Assembly (NCBI GenBank): GCA_051294375.1
Contig: CM119268.1
Location: 5,107,878 to 5,171,877, forward strand
DNA: 64,000 nt
Direction of reading: 5' to 3'
Source of the DNA: Paraspadella gotoi
Taxonomy: Eukaryota > Animalia > Chaetognatha
The notes below the pieces were generated by a model, which was given only the letters and a program-made list of their open reading frames with translations, did no database searches and was not told the DNA's origin. The translations under genes were made by a program, and so were the position numbers. Shown here piece by piece: positions 15,234 through 28,700 of the stretch. Position 1 is the stretch's first letter. Each line of letters opens with the position of its first letter.

Positions 15234-15882
15234 CTCAATAGGCCACCGGGTCACGACTGAAGGTGTCATGCTTGTCGGCGGGGTGCAAGACTACAAGTGA
15301 GACACTCGACATGAGACAAGCAAACGAAGAACGAAAACGAAAAACGAAAACAAAAAAATCTGAGGTCTCGCGTAACACGTAACACTCGTCAGGCGTAACG
15401 CGTCTTTGTCACGCGTCGCATGCTTATTTTCCGTCGCTTTATGGTTAATTATTGAGTTTACTGGTTTAAAACTCGTAAAAATGACTATTAAATCAAAAAA
15501 GAAGCAGACTTCATGTTTATTTACGAGAAAGACATCGTCATCTTCATCTTCTTCGTTTTCGTCTTCGTCGTCGTCGTCGTCGTCGGTGTCGTCGTCGTCG
15601 TCATCGTCGTCATCCTTAATGTCCTCGTTGACATTGCGTTGCATTTTTGTCATCGTCGTCATCATTGCTGTCATCTATTTCGTCGCTGACAAGGACGTGA
15701 TTCTTCGTTCTCCAATGATCAGTCAAATTCGTTACTCAATGTGAATTTTAAAGTCTTTCAAAGTCGTAGTCGTTTAACGTAAGCCCTTAAATTTAGACTT
15801 ATTCGGATCGCTGGACTCTCTCTATCTCTCTTCTCTCCTCTCTCTCCTCTCTCCTCTCTCTCTCTCCGACCTCTCTCATCCC

Positions 15883-15913
<31 letters not shown>

Positions 15914-17007
15914 TCCTTTCCCTCTCCTCTACCCTCTCATCTCTCTCTGCAGACGGTTTCCAATTAATTTTCTCGCTTCATCCGCGAAGGGAGAAAGAGA
16001 GGAAAGAGATGAGGGGCTACGTGTAAATAAGCTCCCTTAATTTGATTTTAATTTGTTTGTTTTCTGGTGAAAACCGAATTTTCTCGACTCTCTCTCTCGT
16101 CTCTCTCTCTCTCTCTCTCTCTCAGATCTCTCCTCTCCCCCTCCCCTCTCTCTCATCTCTATCTCTCTCTCTCACGTCTCTTCGTACGTTGATTATTTCG
16201 AGTGGAGAGCTGAAACGGAAAACAGGAGTTGCCAATCAGGCGCTAGAGTCTGGAGGGATTTTATAAATAATTCATAACAATTCAGAGAATTTTTTTTGAG
16301 AGAAGGAAATCAGAGAGAGAGAGAGAGAGAGAGAGAGTGAGAGAGAGAGAAAGAGAGAGAGGGGGGGAGAGAGAGAGAAATATCGGATAATAATACTAGA
16401 TAATAATTATTATAATAAATATCTGAAAAAAATTTTAAAAAACGGATTAGGGTTGACGTAAATTATCGATAATACTGATAATAACTAATGGTGCAATTGG
16501 AAAGATAATGAAAGGTGACAAAACAAAAGAATCGCATATGGTAGCTATGTACAAATACGGCGAAATGATAGCATACATCGAAACTAGTATGGATCTGGTA
16601 AAATGTAGATGGCATCTGATATAAGCTAAGAATGGGCGTCATGGTTCAGACCCTAAAATCCTTGCTGACTATTTTAGTCGGACCTTTGACAATAACAATC
16701 CTCTACCAAACATGAGACAGTATCTCAGAATAAAAAGATTACTTCAGTTTGTAAAGCTACAATACTGCAATGTAATATTTGAATATTAATTAGAAAACTA
16801 AATCAAACTAAAACCCAATTAAACCTATTGCTAAAATAGTAAAAAAAAACTTCTGTGACAACCTTGTTAAAAGATATGAGAAATTATCTGACATTGTGAA
16901 AATCCTTTCTTTCGTTGTGTTTGTGATTGAGAGAGAGTTTGATTTTAGTCTTGAACAACGATTTTATTAGTATCAATGGACATGTTTCGACTTTGATGCA
17001 AGTCTTG

Positions 17008-17231
17008 ATCAGTCTAATTTAAATATCGTAGCAGTTTAGATAATTTCTCTAAGAGAGAGTTTGATTTTCGTTTTGAACAACGATTCGATTTTGATGCCAG
17101 TCGAAGACTGAAGACTGAAGAGTGAAGACTGATCAAGACTTGCATCAAAGTCGAATCGTTGTTCCAAACGAAAATCGAACTCTCTCTCAGAGAAATTATC
17201 TAAACTGCTAACATATTTAAATTAGATTGAT
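17008..17231. repeat. Foldback: ~95-bp imperfect inverted repeat with a (GAAGACT)n spacer
   Basis: Arms at 17008-17102 and 17137-17231 are reverse complements. In addition, 16987-17014 is the exact reverse complement of 17127-17154. Confidence 0.85.
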
Positions 17232-17446
17232 GTACTTAATCTCATTTGAAATAAACAACAAGTTATTATACTACATAGCATAATAAGATGTATGTAGATG
17301 GCATCTGGTAAAACGAGATACCATCTTGTCGAAGGAATATTGCAAAAAGCAGATGGAAGAGGAATGGCGAAGGTCAAAAATTTTGTTGTTGTTGTTCGTC
17401 TCTTGTTTCCGCTTCTGCGCCTCTGCTCTCTCTCCCTTTTCTCTCT

Positions 17447-17478
<32 letters not shown>

Positions 17479-18203
17479 CACTAGATAATAATTATAATAT
17501 AATTATAAAATAAATCTGAAAAAAAAATTTTAAAAAACGATTAGGGTTGACGTAAATTATCGATAATACTGATAATAACTAATGGTGCAATTGGAAAGAT
17601 ATGAAAGGGACAAAACAAAAGAATCGAATATGGTAGCTATGTACAAATACGGCGAAATGATAGCATAACATGAAACTAGTATGGATTGTAAAATGTAAGA
17701 TGGCATTGATAAAGCAAGAATGGGCGTCATGGTTCAGACCCTAAAATCCTTGCTGATATTTAGTCGACGCTTTGACAATAACAATCCTCTACCAAACATG
17801 AGACAGTATCTAGAATAAAAAAGATTATTCAGTTTGTAAAGCTACAATACTGCAATGTAAATTTGAATATTAAATTAGAAAACTAAATAAACTAAAACCC
17901 AAATTAAACTATGCTAAAATAGTAAAAAAAAACTTCTGTGACAACCTTGTTAAAAAGAATATGAGAAATTATCTGACATTGTGAAAATCCTTTCTTTCGT
18001 GTGTTTGTGATTGAGAGAGAGTTTGATTTTAGTCTTGAACACGAATTTTATTAGTATCAAGGACATGTTTCGACTTGATGGCAAGTCTTGATCAGTCTAA
18101 TTTAAATATCCGTAGCAGTTAGATAATTTCTTAAGAGAGAGTTTGATTTTCGTTTTGAACAACGATTCGATTTTGATGCCAGTCGAAGACTGAAGACTGA
18201 AGA

Positions 18204-18824
18204 TAAGGCGTAGATAAATTCCTATAGTTTTAACGTAATTATTAAATTACTAAAATGAGGAACGAACAACATTATACTTATGAACCTTATTGTATAAAAA
18301 ATAAATTATAATAAATTTTACAATTACGCAAGCCATATTTATAACTAGTTATAAACAATAAAATTTAAAATATTCAAACAGGTTTTTTTCAAGATTGTTT
18401 ATCTTGCAGATGATTAGAGAATTCGTCATAAAAGTTGATAAAAAAAATATAACTCTTTTTAAAAAAATCCAATCATTAAGTGGGTCAAAAATTAGAAAAC
18501 TATTTTTTAAACTGAATTAACTTTTTATATATAAATTAGTTTGTTTTAATTTTAACCTACTTACATGACAAGAATTTTTAAAATGAATTATATTCTTTTA
18601 TAAACTTGACGAGGAATCAAATGCTGCAAGTCAAAAATAAAGAAAGCCTATCTCTTGATAATTTTCGATTTGTATAAGGAATAGTACTAAATAAATATAG
18701 CCTATGGCAGCAAATATAAAAAAATAGAAATTAATTTTTTTACAAATAATGTTCACTGATGTATGTGTTTTCATAATTGGAACTTTTAGAAGTTTTCTAG
18801 GGTAACTTCACACCTACGCCTATA
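18204..18824. mobile_element. ~620-bp hAT-type MITE inserted in the spacer of the foldback copy
   Basis: Termini TAAGGCGTAG...CTACGCCTA. Flanks CTGAAGA / CCGAAGAC resemble a degraded 8-bp TSD. Internally similar to the ends of the 9077-10681 element. Absent from the homologous sites at ~17110 and ~23790. Confidence 0.72.
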
Positions 18825-19945
18825 CCGAAGACTGATCAACTTGCATCAATCGAATCGTGTTTAAACGAAATCGAACCTACTCTCAGAGAAATATATCTAA
18901 ACTGCTAAGGAAATAATTTAAATTAGTTGATGTTCTTAATCTCATTTGAAATAAACAAAAGTTATTATAACAATAGCATAAATAAGGATGTAGTAGATGC
19001 ATCATGGTAAAACGAGAATACCATCTGTCGAAGGAATATTGCAAAAAGCAGATTGGAATGAGGCAGGCGAAGGTCAAATAATTTTGTGTTCGTTGTCTTC
19101 GGTATCGCTTCTCCCTCTATACTCTCTCCTTCTCTCTCTCCACCCTCTCTCTCTCTCTCTCTTCCCCTGTCTGTCTCTCTAATCTTTACTTCTTTCTTCC
19201 TTCTTCTATCTCTTCTCCCATGTCTTTCATCTCTCTCTCTCTCTCTTCTCCTCTCGTCTACTCAAAAATTTTCCTCATCTACTCTTCGCTCTCTATCTCT
19301 CTTCTTTTCTTTCTCTTACTTCTTCTTTCTTCTCTCTTCTCTTCTCTCTCTCTCTCTCATGCAGTCTCGTCTCTCTTCTCTTCTTATCTCTTTCATCTCT
19401 ATTTCCTCTCGCTTCTTTTTCTCTCTCGCTTTCTTTCTCTCTCGCTTTCTTTCTCTCTCTCTTTCTTCTTCTCCTTCTGTCTTTTTTCTTCGTTCTTTTT
19501 TTCNNNNNNNNNNNNNNNNNNNNNNNNNTTCTTTCTTTCTTTCTTTCTCTCTTTCTTTCTCTCACCCCCTTTCTCAGTCGGAACGGAGCCATCAGAGTCT
19601 ATCCATCCCATTCTGGAGGAAATGAACAAATGATCCGCTCCATTAACCTACCCGATCACCTACCCTACGGGGCCGCTCTCTTGTTCTGTCTTTCTCTCTC
19701 TCTCTCTCTCAAAAAAGAGAGAGATGCAGGTTACTTGTATTACATTAAACTAGTTTGAAAATAGAAAACAAAAAGTTTTTTAAATAAGGCTGACAGAGTT
19801 CTAGTGCAAGCTTCTTTTACCACTCGAGCAGGCAACGAGGCGAACGAGTCCAGCGACTTGGATCAAGGGCTGAATAGATTCGGTTTAATGGCGTTCTCCA
19901 TAGCTTCCCGTATTGTAGTCATGAACTGATGGTATTACTCAATAG

Positions 19946-21240
19946 TCAAAGCGTAGTAAAAATTTTAGAATTTTGAAAATAAATTTTACATTCTACCGGC
20001 AGTAGGGCGCAATATCATATACTCATCGTACTACCTTTCGCAATAAATGTTAAATTTTCAAAATAAGTTTTTGTTAAGATTTTTTGATGTTCTATATTTG
20101 GGTATTTTCGTTGCATGGAATATGTTGATATTTTTTCATAAGTAACTATAACTTTTCTTAATAGAAATTTCTTCTCTTTTCCTTATTAGTTTTTGTATCT
20201 TTCTTATATATAGCTGTTCTTTCTTCATTTATCATATTTCGAAGCATCTTTTCTTTTTGTAATATATTCTACTTCCTATTGTATAGGGAAGTCTTTCCAG
20301 GTACTCTGGAGTGATAAAACGAGTCTGTGAAAGAGTCTGATTCGAACAGCTTTGCAGGGACCTGCTGACACTGTCATTATCCGTTGCTAAGAGTGATGGA
20401 GCCTTAACCACCGAAAGCCTGTCGCAAAGTCAGGGGCAAGATAGGCTTATTATTAAATGAATGGATAGATTTTTATAATTGGTTGCTAACCAATTTCATA
20501 AAATGCTCCAGCTCGCTTGTTTGTCTTGGATTGCTAGTGTGCGGAGCTAGCATAAGTATTCCGCGATCTAATAACTTAAGGAGTGTCTTTCATAACAAAT
20601 TGAAAGCATTCTTTGAAATATTTTCGCACTCTCAGGTTGATAGGGAGAGCCAGGTAACGCTGGGAGTTGAAATAAACGGTCTGTGAAGTAGATCTTGATT
20701 GGAAAGCTGTGGCAGGGACCTTGCTATAGTCATTATCTTGTAGAGAGTGATTGGAGGACTAAAACCACCAAAGCCTGTCCAAGAGTGGCAGGGGCAAGGA
20801 TATGGCTATTTTATTAAAGTGAATGGGATTAATATTTTATATTGGTTGTAGCGGAATGTTCATATAAAAAACGTTATATTTTAAGCTGAAAATTAAAAAT
20901 TTTATAATACTAAATATAGTTTTTTTAAAATTGTTTAAGCCCACTTAATGAAATAATTTTTAAAAATCGATTTATATTTTCTTTTATGGACTTTGATCGA
21001 GAGAATTGCCAAATCGTGGCAAATCAAAATTAAGAAAGAGTCTATTTTTGAAAAGGAATAGTACTATTTAGTAACTAATAGGCCTACTGGGGCAAAAAAT
21101 TTAAGAACATAAAATTATTTTTTTTAAAAATTAATGTTAAAGATGATGGTATGTTTGTTTCAAAATTTGGACATTTAGGAAATTTTTGTCCCCCCCCCCG
21201 TAAAATTGTAAAAAAACTTTTCACTATGGCCTTGCTCTGA
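19946..21240. mobile_element. Third, noisy copy of the same hAT-type insertion (about 2 array units)
   Basis: Same left TSD, left TIR and flanks. The right end is degraded by indels. Confidence 0.65.
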
Positions 21241-24200
21241 AACTCCAAAGATAAGGGCCCACTGTCCCACCGGGGTCAGCGGACTGAAGGTGTTCATGCT
21301 TTGTCGGCGGGGTGCAAGACGATAAACAAGATGAGACACTCTCGAACATGAGACCTAAGGCAAAACGAAGAACGAAAACAGAAAAAACGAAAAACAAAAA
21401 AATCCGAGGTCTCGCGTAACACGTAACACTCGGTCAGGGCGTAGACGCGATCTTGTCACGCGTCGCATAGCTTAATTGTTCGCGTCGCTTGTAGGTTAGC
21501 ACTTGATATTGAGTTTTTTAACCTGGTTTAAGAACTCGTAAAATGGACTATTACAAATGGCAAAGAAAGTAGAGGCAGAGCTTGCATGTATTTATTTAGC
21601 GAAAAGAATGCGGTTATCTTTCATCTTCGTTCGTTTTTCCGATCTTTCGTCGTCGTCATCGTCGTTCGGTGTCTGTCGTCGTCGTCATCAGTCGTCATCC
21701 GTTAATGTCATCGTTGAGAACATTGACGGTTGCATTTTTTGTTGCATCGTCGTCATCATGTGCATAGTCATCTGTATTTTCGTGCGCTGACAAGGGACGT
21801 GATTACTTGGCGTTCTCCAATGATCAGTCAAATTCGTTACTGGTCAATGTTGAATTTTAAGAGTCTTTGCAAGAGTCGTTCGTCGTTTTACGGTCAGCCT
21901 TGAAAATTTAGACCTTTCGATGCGCTGGAGGCTCGTCTCTATCTATCGTCTCTCTCATCGGTCGTCTCTCTCTCTCTCATCTCATCCTCGGATCTCTCTC
22001 TCGGGTCGACGAGCGTCTCATCTGTCTCGTCTCGTCTCTCTCTCATCTCTCTCTCTCTCTCTTCCTTTCCGTCTCCCTTGTCTGCGCCTCTCATCTCTCT
22101 CATCAGACGGTTTCCAATTATTTTCTGCGCCTTCAATCGCGAAGGGAGGGAAGAGAGGAAAGAGATTGAGGGGCCCTACGTTGATTATAATAGAAGCCTC
22201 CTTAATGTTTGATTTTTAATTTGTTTGTTTCGTGGTTGGAAAACCTGATTTCCGAGGTCTATCGTCTCTCTCTGCGGTCTCTGCTTCGCTCGATAATGTA
22301 AGAGAGAGCAGGAGCAAAGGTCTGTTCGAGATGAGTCTTATCTCCTCGTCATTCCTCGGTCTCTTCTCATCTCGTAGCGGTTAGATTTATTGTCGAGTGG
22401 AGAGCTGGAAGCGAAAACAGGAGTTGCGCAAGTCAGTGCGCTAGAGTCTGGAGAGCGGTATTGGTTTTATAATAATTTCTAATAACAATTCAGTAGAATT
22501 TTTTTGAGAGAAGGACAAGTGCAGAGGAGAGAGAGAGAGAGCAGAGGAGAGAAGAGTGAGGAGAGAGAAAAGAGAAGCCGGGAGAGGTGGGGGATGAGAG
22601 AGAGAGAAAGTAGTCGGATGAAGTGAATACTAGGATAAATGAACTAATATTTATAGGAATATATCGTGCCTGAAAAAAATTATGTAAAGAAAACGGTTAG
22701 GCGTTGGACCTGTAAATTTATCGTAGTAATTAACTGATAATAGGTAGGAGACTACATGGTTGCGGCAAGAACGGGCAGATGATTGGAAAGAGATAATGAG
22801 AGAAGGTGAGCACAAAACAGAAAGAAGATCTGCTGATGGTAAGCGTATGTAACAGATATGACGAAGCGAAAAAAATGAAGCAGTAACACACGATGCATCG
22901 AAGAAAACCAACTAGTGATGTGGATCATGGTAAAATGGTAGAATGGCATCGTGAATAGGATAGTACGGGAGGAGAGCTAAGAATGGGGCGTGACGATGAG
23001 TTCAGGCTGATTTATTTTCCGTTACCTAAATCCTTGCTGACACTAATTCTTTAGGGTCGGACCTTTGACCCGAATAAAACAATCAGCTCGGTAAAGTCAC
23101 ACACACCATAGAGGACAAGTATTCTCGCAAAGAATAAAATAGATTACACGTAGAAGAGACATAAGAAAGCTTGTTAGTTTGTAAACTGCTAAAGCAATAA
23201 TCTGCATTATGTAGATATTTGGATATGTAAGTTAGCAAAAGACTGTTAAATCGAAACTGGAAAAACACACGCCGGAACTGTACCGTCGGCCCTCGGCTCA
23301 ATTAAACACCTAGACTATTGCTGCTGGCATAAGAACTCGAATAAATAGTACAAAAAGAAAGAAAAAACGTTCGTGGATGTGACCGAAGAACCTGTGTTAA
23401 ATAGATAGTGGAGAAAGTATAGTAATCCTGACGATATTAGGGTGGAACAGCGGAATTTGCGAGGCCGTTTCGCATTTCGGTTTGTACCTTTTGGTTGATT
23501 GGAGAAGAGAAGGTTTTGAGATTTTGATTGAATTAGAGTTACTTCCGATTGTAACTGTTGAGAAATCGAACGAAAGGCATGAATGAGAGCCGGTGCGAGA
23601 TTGTTATTGAGGTAGTATAGCTATGCAATGGAGCATAGTTTCGACTTTTGATGGCAAGTCTTGATGCATGTCTAGATTTAAATATGCGTGAGCAGTGTTA
23701 GAGTAATTTCTCTAGAGAGAGAGTTTTGATTTTTTCGGTTTTGAAACACATACGATTCGATTTTGTGATAGCCAGTTCGAAGACGTTGAGAAACGATGAA
23801 GAGTGAAAGGAACTGATCTACAGCAGACGATTGCATAGCAAAGGTGAATCGTATGGCGTGTGGTGTACGACCGTCCAAACGCGGACGAAAGATCGAGTAC
23901 TCCATCCGGCGCGTGAATCGCAGAGAAGATTATCTAGTCGGGTGTGAGTGGTTGCAGGCGTTGGTATCAAGAAAGCGGCTAGAGTAGGGACTGATTAGAT
24001 GGTTTAGAATAGGAAGGATTCTAGAGAAGTTGAGTGCGCAGGGTGTGGTAGGAGTCGAGGATGAGTTGTGTGTTGAAGGAGTGAATGCTCGATGCTATTG
24101 ATAGTAGATTGATGAAACAGGAGGCGTTGGAAAGTTAATCTTATGAAAGGATAGTATAGCGGCGCTTACGAAGGAGTCGTTAGAGCTGGGAGAATTAGGG

Positions 24201-25676
24201 CTGGGAGTTAATTGTGAATGTGGAGAGCGGCTTAAGGGCATTAAGGATCTATTAGACGGATATAGGGAGTGTATGGCTGTAGGATGATGGCGATGCTGGT
24301 TAAGGAACGGGGCGTGAAACGAGGGAATAAGCACCAGATGTATACGGAGTTGTCGAGGAATAGTTGCAAAAAAGACGAGGCAGAATGGAAGAGGTAATGG
24401 CGAGGTCAAAAATTGGTTGTTTGTTGTTGTTTCGTGCTCTTGGTTCCGCTTCTGGCCTCTCTCTGTCTGCGCCTTTTCTCTCTCCGCCCCGCTCTACTCG
24501 TCGTCGTCTCTCAATGCTCTTCTCGTCGATGTCTCTCTCTATAGGTTTTCTTTCGCTTTCTTTTCTTGTCTTTCTTTCTCTCTCTTTTCGTTCTGCTCTT
24601 CGGTCTCTCTTCAGGTGTCATCTCTGTGCGGGTCTTCGTTGAGTCTCTCGTTCGGTCGCTCTCTCTCTCGGTCTAGTCTGTTACTCTTGCTATCGTTCTT
24701 GTTCGTCTGATCTTCTTTCTTTCTTTCTTTCTTTCTTCGTCAGTCTTCCTCGAGTCTTCTCTTTCTCTCATCTCGATCCATCTCTTCTCGGGTCTCTCTC
24801 TCTCTCGTCTCGTTCGTCGTCTGATAAGGAGGTCTTTTTCTTTCTTCCTGATGTCGGTCGTTCCTGCTTGTGCTCTACTCGCTTTGCTTTCTCTCTCCTC
24901 GGTTTCTTTCTCTCTCTCTTTGTTTCGATTGTCTCATCTTTCTTTCTTTGTTTTTCCTTCTTCATCTTTTTTCTTTCTTTGCTTTCTTTCTTGTCTCCTC
25001 TTTCTTTCTGCTACCATCCTTTCTCAGTCGGAACGGGAGCCATCAGAGTCTAGTCCATGCGGCCATTCTGGAGGAGAAATGAAGCAAGATGATGCCGCAG
25101 TTCGCAGTTTAACACTACGCCGATCACCTACCGCTACGGGGGCCGCTTCGTCGAATCCTTTGTTCTTCTTTCTCTCTCCTCCTCTCTGCTCGTCTCATCT
25201 CTCGTCTGGTTCTCATCCTGCCTCCTCTCTCTTCGTCTCATCCCTCTCTCTCTCTCTCTCGCGATCTCTCTCTGCTCTCGTCTCTTTCTNNNNNNNNNNN
25301 NNNNNNNNNNNNNNCTCTCTCTCTCTCTTCAGACGTATTTTTAGCAACCCGACCGTTTCATGTATTTTCACATCGAAAGTCCTTGTAAAAACTCATTTCG
25401 AGATACTTGTTAACAGTTAAAAAAAAGTCAAGAACAAAATCGTTTTTTGTCTTATTGCAAAACAGATCTTCTGTCTTTTGCATTGTTGTAGCGGAGGCAC
25501 GGTTTATTACGGAGTTTTCTTGCAATAAAAATACGTTAGAATGTTATATTAATTGATAGAGATTATGCCAATTAAAAGCCGGTAGTTAACACTACAATAA
25601 ATGATTGTGAGAATTTAATGTAAATTTCTTAAATTGGAGACTGATCGTTTCTTTTTTTTCTCTCTCTCTCTCTCTC

Positions 25677-25786
<110 letters not shown>

Positions 25787-28700
25787 ATTGGTCAGACAGC
25801 AAAGCCAAGAGAGGCAAGATCTATCTATCGGTACATTGCCCTCAATGATAGAGCGCAAATACAACAGCGCAACAACAGATCTATCGACAGAAACTTAATC
25901 CGCCTTATAAATTTCACTCTTATTTCAATGAGCCATTTTACGGGCACTATTTTCCAAAAGCTCGGATTCCTTTACTCTAAACCCTCATTCATAACTCTGG
26001 TCTATAACCGAAATTCCTAACTTAATCCCTAATTCACCAACTTTACTTCTAACATAACCTATTCATACTAAAACGGGCCGCTTTTGGAAAATATAACCGA
26101 TTTCCTTTGAGTAATTAATTTCTCCCTCATCGTCAGATTTTTCATAGTCTCCGTGACTCTCGTTTTCACGCGCATTACCTGAGCCTCTTAAATGTTCACA
26201 TCTTACGCTCTCTCACTTTCTCACAGTCTCTCACATCCTACGCCTTTCAATCTCATTTAACATACTCTCTTACCCTCTCACTCCCTCTCACGCTCTCATT
26301 TTCACGCTTCCTCCTGCTCTCTCACACTCTTTCAAACTTTTTCACACTCTCACACAACCTTTGCTTTTTCACATCTCGTTATCACGATGGATGAGAACCG
26401 TTTCTTGCGGCTGTTGAATAGTCTTTCCTAGTTTTACGGGCGGATTCTGCTTACAAGTTGTGGTCCGGTAAAAGATCACTTAAATCAAAGACATCGAATT
26501 ATCGAATAAATTATGCAGAAAACAAGTTAATGTCCGACCGGTCCGTCGCGTTCCATGCCGTTCGTGTCTGCATTCAGTCGGACTTCGCCCCTATGCTCTT
26601 ATTAAATCTTTTTTGTGTTTGATTGAGTGATTGAGAGGCAAGACAGAAGTGGAAAAAATCGAATAAAAAAATTAACTATTAATAAAATCTAATTGACTTC
26701 GTAATTTCATAAGTGTAAATAATTACGTTTCTGATCAGCTGCTTACGCTAATGATCGTGGGGCAGATCCGGCCATTGTTTGCTCGCAAGTACTGTAGATT
26801 CTTTATTAAGGGAGGGTTCTTAGTTCATCGTGTGCAAATTGCTGCGTCGTGCCACACTATGATGCGCTCGTCCGGTGAGTCTTGCATACGTGTGGCGTAC
26901 GTTGTCGTGCGTCGTTCATATCGTCAAGACACCAGTCATGCGTCATGCGTCCGTCATCAGTCCATCCGGTCCTTTTCATTCTTCAGTCTGCTCGTCGATA
27001 CTTTTCAGCGTGAAAATCCGATCCTAAAAGAACCTATGATCTCCCTAAAATTTACTTAAATCGTACCGCTTTTAAAATTTATGTTTGTATTGTACTCAGT
27101 TTTAATGTCAAAAGTAATCCTAATGCTTATTCGTCGCACTAAGTTTTTTAAAATGCTTGTACGTAAAGTGTACACGTGGACCGATTTTGTTTTCCGATGC
27201 TTGGTTCATTGATTAATTAATTGAAGTGATAAATATTATTTTTATTTTTATATTTTATTGTAATGATGAAAATAGAAAATAGATAGAGAAAAAGAGAGAG
27301 TAGAGGGAGAGAGAGCCGTTCCAGGGGGGCAGGAAAATCCATCCCCTGGGGGTAGCCCCAGGGGGCAAGGTTTTTCTAGCCNNNNNNNNNNNNNNNNNNN
27401 NNNNNNNNNNNNNNNNNNNNNNNNNNNNNNNNNNNNNNNNNNNNNNNNNNNNNNNNNNNNNNNNNNNNNNNNNNNNNNNNNAAAGAACCTTCTTTGTCCC
27501 ACTCTTACCCCTTTTTCCAATCTCTTCCCCTCTCTCTTATCCCTCCGCCCCTCCATCACCCCCCACCCCCCTCGACCCACACCCCCCAACACTCCCACTC
27601 CCATGCGCTCGCCCCTCCCACTCCCTCCTCCCACTCCTTCTCCCTCTTCCACTCCTCTCCCACTCCACCTCTCCCACTCCCCCACCCCCACTCCCGTTTT
27701 CCCACTTCCCACTCTCTCTCCCCTCTCCCACTCCACCTGCTCCCGTCGGCCTCTCCCTAAGTCCCTCTCCCACTTCCCTCGTCCCACTTCCCCTCTTCCC
27801 ACTCCCCTCTCCCTCTTCCACTCTCAACTATCATCGAAATAATTTTTTTTATCGGAATAAGCCGTTTAGTCGATCGATACAAAAATATATAAGCCTTTAA
27901 TTAAATTAGGGAACTATCATCGGAATCCTCCTCAAAGCAATTATTCAGTTGCTCAAAAAAATTCATTTCTTTTAGGGCAGATCGCATATAAGGCTTTTCT
28001 CCTAATTTTCAGCAGCTCACTTTTTGTATCGAGCTATAATTTCAGGAACTTTATGATGAATTTACTTTTTTTTTTTAAATCTTGCATAAACAACTGGATT
28101 ACCTAGCATGGATTAAATACAAATTTGCTTCTAAAAATGTTCTTACTGTATTTGCAGTTTTTGAAAACTAGCCTTAAAACTGATATTATAGGGGAATCAT
28201 GGCGGAATCACTACCATTCTAATTTATAATATAATGCGATTGATATTATAACGCCACTTGCATGTGCTTCAGGATTTCTCCGCCAAAACCGATCACGCAA
28301 AATGCAGTAATGCAAAATGATTTTCTACATTAATTTTTTCTTTGTAATACACTTCGGCAATAAAGAACCATTACTAAGTTAAATTATTTTTTTAACTGCG
28401 ATTTTGAAGGTGGCTTTAAAAAACTAAAAATTTTTTTCATGGCTGAAAGACTAAGGCGATGTCAAGCATCGCGAATCAACAAAAACGCAGGATTATTTTG
28501 TTTTTCGGGGTTTTTTTCGGTAGAGAATAGGTTAAATTATGGGGATAGAGATTAGGGTTTATGGATTAGGGTTAGAGAGTTAGCGGCGTAAGGGATTAGG
28601 GTTAGGGATTAAGGTTAGGGATTAGTGTTGTCTTTCCCTACGCTACTTTTACAATATAACAACAAATGTTGGCTTGCTGTGTGTGGGTCTCATCCTGGTC

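Larger units (their letters stand above)
1240..25314 (+). repeat. Two to three noisy tandem copies of one locus, joined by ~25-N gaps
   Basis: Homologous blocks: 2120-2560~5540-5930; 2760-3100~5140-5490~6110-6330; 3300-4480~7860-8870; 8770-12339~12365-16900~19730-23450; 16380-17450~17480-19100~22640-24480; 19100-19700~24480-25200. Differences are mostly random insertions. Confidence 0.85.
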
